The position numbers were made by a program, and so were the translations under genes. The notes under the pieces were generated by a model that worked only from the letters and a program-made list of their open reading frames with translations, was not told the origin of the DNA and did no database searches. This document shows, in pieces, positions 60,567-64,000 of a stretch of DNA of 64,000 bases (its first letter is position 1; the number at the start of each line of letters is the position of its first letter). The stretch covers positions 62,297 to 126,296 of the forward strand of contig CBFFRQ010000090.1 in the NCBI GenBank assembly GCA_965644315.1, in the 5' to 3' direction. This DNA comes from Caecitellus pseudoparvulus (taxonomy: Eukaryota > Protista > Bigyra: Bicosoecida).

Positions 60567-63500
60567 TCATGGCATGGGTGGCGGGGGCTTGAAGTACGCC
60601 TCTTGCAGGGCCCTGCCCATGGGTGGCGCAGAAGAAGCTGTAGCTTGCTGACTCGAAGTGCCCGCTTCTTTCTCTGGGATGCCGTGCACTAGCAGGGAAG
60701 TGTCCCACGTGTCGCCGGCCTTGCCTGGGCGCAGGGTGTGTGGCTGTGGCAGCGGAGGAGCGGTAGGCACTGCCATGGCCACGATGGCCCGCGGGTCCGC
60801 CCCGATGCTCAGCGTCCACAACTCAGCCAAGTTCTGCCCTTCTGTGCCTCCATCCTCCGGCACCTCCAGCGGAGTCTGCGCCAGCCCCTCACAGTCCGCA
60901 GGAGTGGGGAGGATGAGGCAGTCCAGCACCAGCCCCGCAGCGCCCCACAACACGGCAGCAGGCGCAGCAGGCTTACCTGCAGTCGGGTCAGGCAGGCCCG
61001 ACAAGCTGCTGTCTGCTTCCCTACCGGGCACCAAAGCGCCCCGGGTCGGGGGGTGCATAGAGAGTGGGGGGCGCCGCGCCAGTGCAACGCTCGACGGTGT
61101 GCCAGTGCTGAAGGCAGGGTCACAGCGCGTGTCCCCGAAGGCTCCCGCATGCCACGCCTCCTCACCGTACCACTTCCAAGGACAGGGTCCGGAGTCCACA
61201 CTGCGCGGGGCAGGCGTGGGCAGGACCGGGACGCCCACCGCATCCACTGGGCGGGGCAAACGAGGCAGCAGCCACCAGGTGCCACGGGGGGACACCTCTG
61301 CCGTGACACGGACGTCATCCACACCCCACCTGCCCTGCCTCACAGCCAGCTCCTGCTCCATGCCCCCTCCCGCCCAGGACGCCCCGAGCCCCCCCCCAGC
61401 CACCGCTCCGGCCTCATGGGATGAGCCCTGCACAGCCCGCACACCAGCCGAGCCTGCGTCACGCGCCCACTGCGCGGCGTGCTGCAGCAGTGCATCCACA
61501 CTGTGCCATGCGCCTTTCAGTCGCGCCTGCAGGGCCTGCGGCAGGGCGGGAAGGGGGGCTCCATGCCCTGTGTCGGCACCATGCTGGCGAGCAGCGTGCA
61601 GGCTCCAGGAGGGCAGGGACGGAGGTGGCACAGCCTCAGCCTGTGACGCCGGGCTTGGGGGCGTCGAAACCAGCGCCGGCGCCTGACCACCCGACGCAGC
61701 GGCTGCTTGTGCTGGCGGCGGCGCTGGTTCAGCTGCGTAGGGAGGCTGGGCGGCGCCTGAGACCTGTGCAGCCAGGATCAGGGCGGCACGCGCCGCTAGC
61801 GTCACAGACACACCCACTTGCCAGGCAGAGAACAGCGTCGTGTCGGAGGGGAGGTCTGCCCCCCCCCCTCGCGCTGCCAGGACGGTGTGCCGGGATGTGA
61901 GAGCCACACACCCCAGCGCAGGCGCCGGGGGCGGCTCATCAGCGTCACCCGCAGCGCCCACGGACGGCGTGCCATGCAGCGCAGCCATGGCCCACAGCTG
62001 CGCCAGCGCCTGCCAAGCACTGGAGTCTGCGCTGCGGGTGACCTTGCTACCGTGGGAAAGACAGGCACTCGCCAGCCAAGGCGTTTGGGGGGCACTGCGT
62101 ATGGCGCTGCCACTGGACGCCCGCCGTGCATCGGCGAGAGGAGTGGCGCCTGCGGGGCCCCGTCCAGCTTCCAGCAGTGCTGCTGGAGGGCCGCGTTGCG
62201 CGCTCGTCGCCAGACGAAGGCGGGCACAGGGTGTGAGAGTCGTGGGTGTGGCAGGTTCGGGGGGCGGCTCCAGCGCCATGATGTACTCAGGCACCACCAC
62301 CACTTCGAAATCAGCATGTAGGTGCCACTGGGGGTGCAGTGGCGCCCGCGTGCGCCCAGAGGCCGCTGTGACCCGCACCGGCGGCTTGGGTGGTCCACCC
62401 GCCTTGGGGTCCACTGCGAAGGCGTGCAGCGTGCCATGCGCTGACGCGACTAGCAGCAGTGTAGAGTCCTCAGAAAAGGCTAAATGTGCGATGTGCGCAT
62501 GGGTGATGCCGCGTTCGCAGGCGTACAGCTGCCGCGGGGGGGCTGAGGTCGCCGTCTTGGGCAGCTGCCACACCGCCACAGTTTGCCCGTGAGCATCGGC
62601 TGTGGCAAGGAGCCTGCGGCAGGGCGAGATGGCCACTGCCACGATGGGCTCACTGTGGGCTTGGAAGCGCACCAAGCACTCCCCAGTGTCAAGATTCACG
62701 ACTGTGACGGAGCCTGAGGCGGTGGCAGGGGAGGCGGCCGCTCGGTTGGCGCCACCCCCGATGGACACCGCAGGGGCGTCGGCTGTGAAGGCCTTGCTAG
62801 CCGTGGCATCAACCTGCAGGGCGTGCTGTGACTGGGGTGCACTGACAGCTGCGATAAACGGCGCGAGTGCCTCTGCGCCTGCGGCTGCGGCGTGCCACAG
62901 GGAGTAGGCACCGGTGGCCGTGTCTTTGGCCACCTGGCGCAGGGAGAGGGGCGCCACGCTCGCCTGACCAGGGTCAACATGCGCACAGGGAAAGGCGAGG
63001 AGGGGCCCCTGCGCAGCGGTGTCCACGGCGTGGCGCGCCGAGGAGCCCGGCTGCGCCACACCAGCAGCAGGCACGCCGGACACGTGCTGCAGCGTTGCTG
63101 CGTCAAACACGAAGCACGCCGATCGCGTGCGCACAGCAAAGTGTGAGGGGAAGGTGTCAATGAATGGCGCCTGCACGATCGCCTCTACTGGCTCGTGGAA
63201 GGTCAGCTCGTGGAAAATTCTGCAGCAACGGGGGGGGGCTGCCAGTGCACGTGTGAAACGCCAGGTGAGATGTGTGCGAAGCCGCATGACACAGTGGCGG
63301 GCAGCAAGCAAGAGAGAAGGAAGAAAGGGCAATCGAAGGCTGGCATGGTAACAGGCAAGCGCCTTCGAAGGCCCGGCAAAGGGGTGCTTTCGCAAGCCAG
63401 CAATTGTGGCGGTTCAGCCGGCGAAACGCTCACCCCAACACGCACCGTTCTAGCCGTACGGAGAACAACTCAACCTTGCAGGGTGCCCCTGCCACCCGGA

Positions 63501-64000
63501 GTGCGACAACTGGGCCATGGGCATGTTCTGCCTTGAGGTGCAGGGGTGTGGCCTCTGTCAAGGGCGTCGGGGAGTCCCACCACCAAATGGGAGCGAGGGT
63601 TGGCGTGGTTGCGTAGACACGCAGCCCGCCTGAGTGCGCGACAAGGAGCAGTGGGGAGAAGCCTGGTCCCGGAGAAAAGAAACGCCCAGAACCACCAAGT
63701 ACTGGTGTCTCCATGGGGCCCCCGTCTAAGCAGCGCGGCCGTCCTCCGGCTGAAGGGTGGCTCGCCTGCAGCGTGCGGAGCTTGCTCACGCAACTCGTGT
63801 GCAGGCTCGACACAGTGCGCTCCTGCGTCGAGAGTTCGTCGAGGGGCTCAGGGCAACTCTCACGCCAGATCTTGAGGTGCCTTTCAGTGGCGTGTTGGAT
63901 TTGAGGCCTGGGCTGGTTTGCCGCGCGTTTGTGGCTGGTGAGGGGCCCCGGCACACAACAAGCTAGACTGGCTGAGCCGTGGCGGCACATCAGCTAACGC
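60567..64000 (-). CDS. BCAS3/ATG18-related WD40 beta-propeller protein, 5' part spliced and probably truncated by the window edge
   Basis: FQAHSEPIVAVAISPCRRLLATADAHGQ..LYACERGITHAHI..LAFSEDS..SAHGTLHAF matches the BCAS3/ATG18 core. An upstream exon is likely within ORF 63430-63990 (donor near 63445, acceptor near 63220). Confidence 0.75.

Overview
GC-rich (roughly two-thirds GC by eye), very gene-dense eukaryotic nuclear DNA with short (~60-125 nt) GT-AG spliceosomal introns. It is most consistent with a heterotrophic protist, possibly a stramenopile (inference from gene content and a mitochondrion-targeted PGM). About 21 protein-coding genes can be supported. The standout is a set of three paralogous, apparently intronless hybrid histidine kinases (<1-3222 minus, 3818-7054 plus, 14693-18457 plus). 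They share an unassigned ~8-TM sensor region, an atypical H-box (MLRWLSHECRSP) and a receiver domain split by a long low-complexity insertion. Other notable genes: a giant CAMK-type predicted pseudokinase (HRD->HRN) with ~14 copies of a short helical repeat, a mitochondrion-targeted cofactor-dependent phosphoglycerate mutase, a spliced cystatin-like secreted protein missed by the ORF track, and an ANK-(PA)n-PH-IQ-WW scaffold. The remaining genes include PPP1R42, mS26-like, NCBP3-like, a START protein, AKR, a sulfotransferase, NDUFS6, CUL3, a ZIP transporter and BCAS3-like. No rRNA, tRNA, CRISPR array or mobile element was recognised. All family calls come from motif recognition by eye, not database searches.
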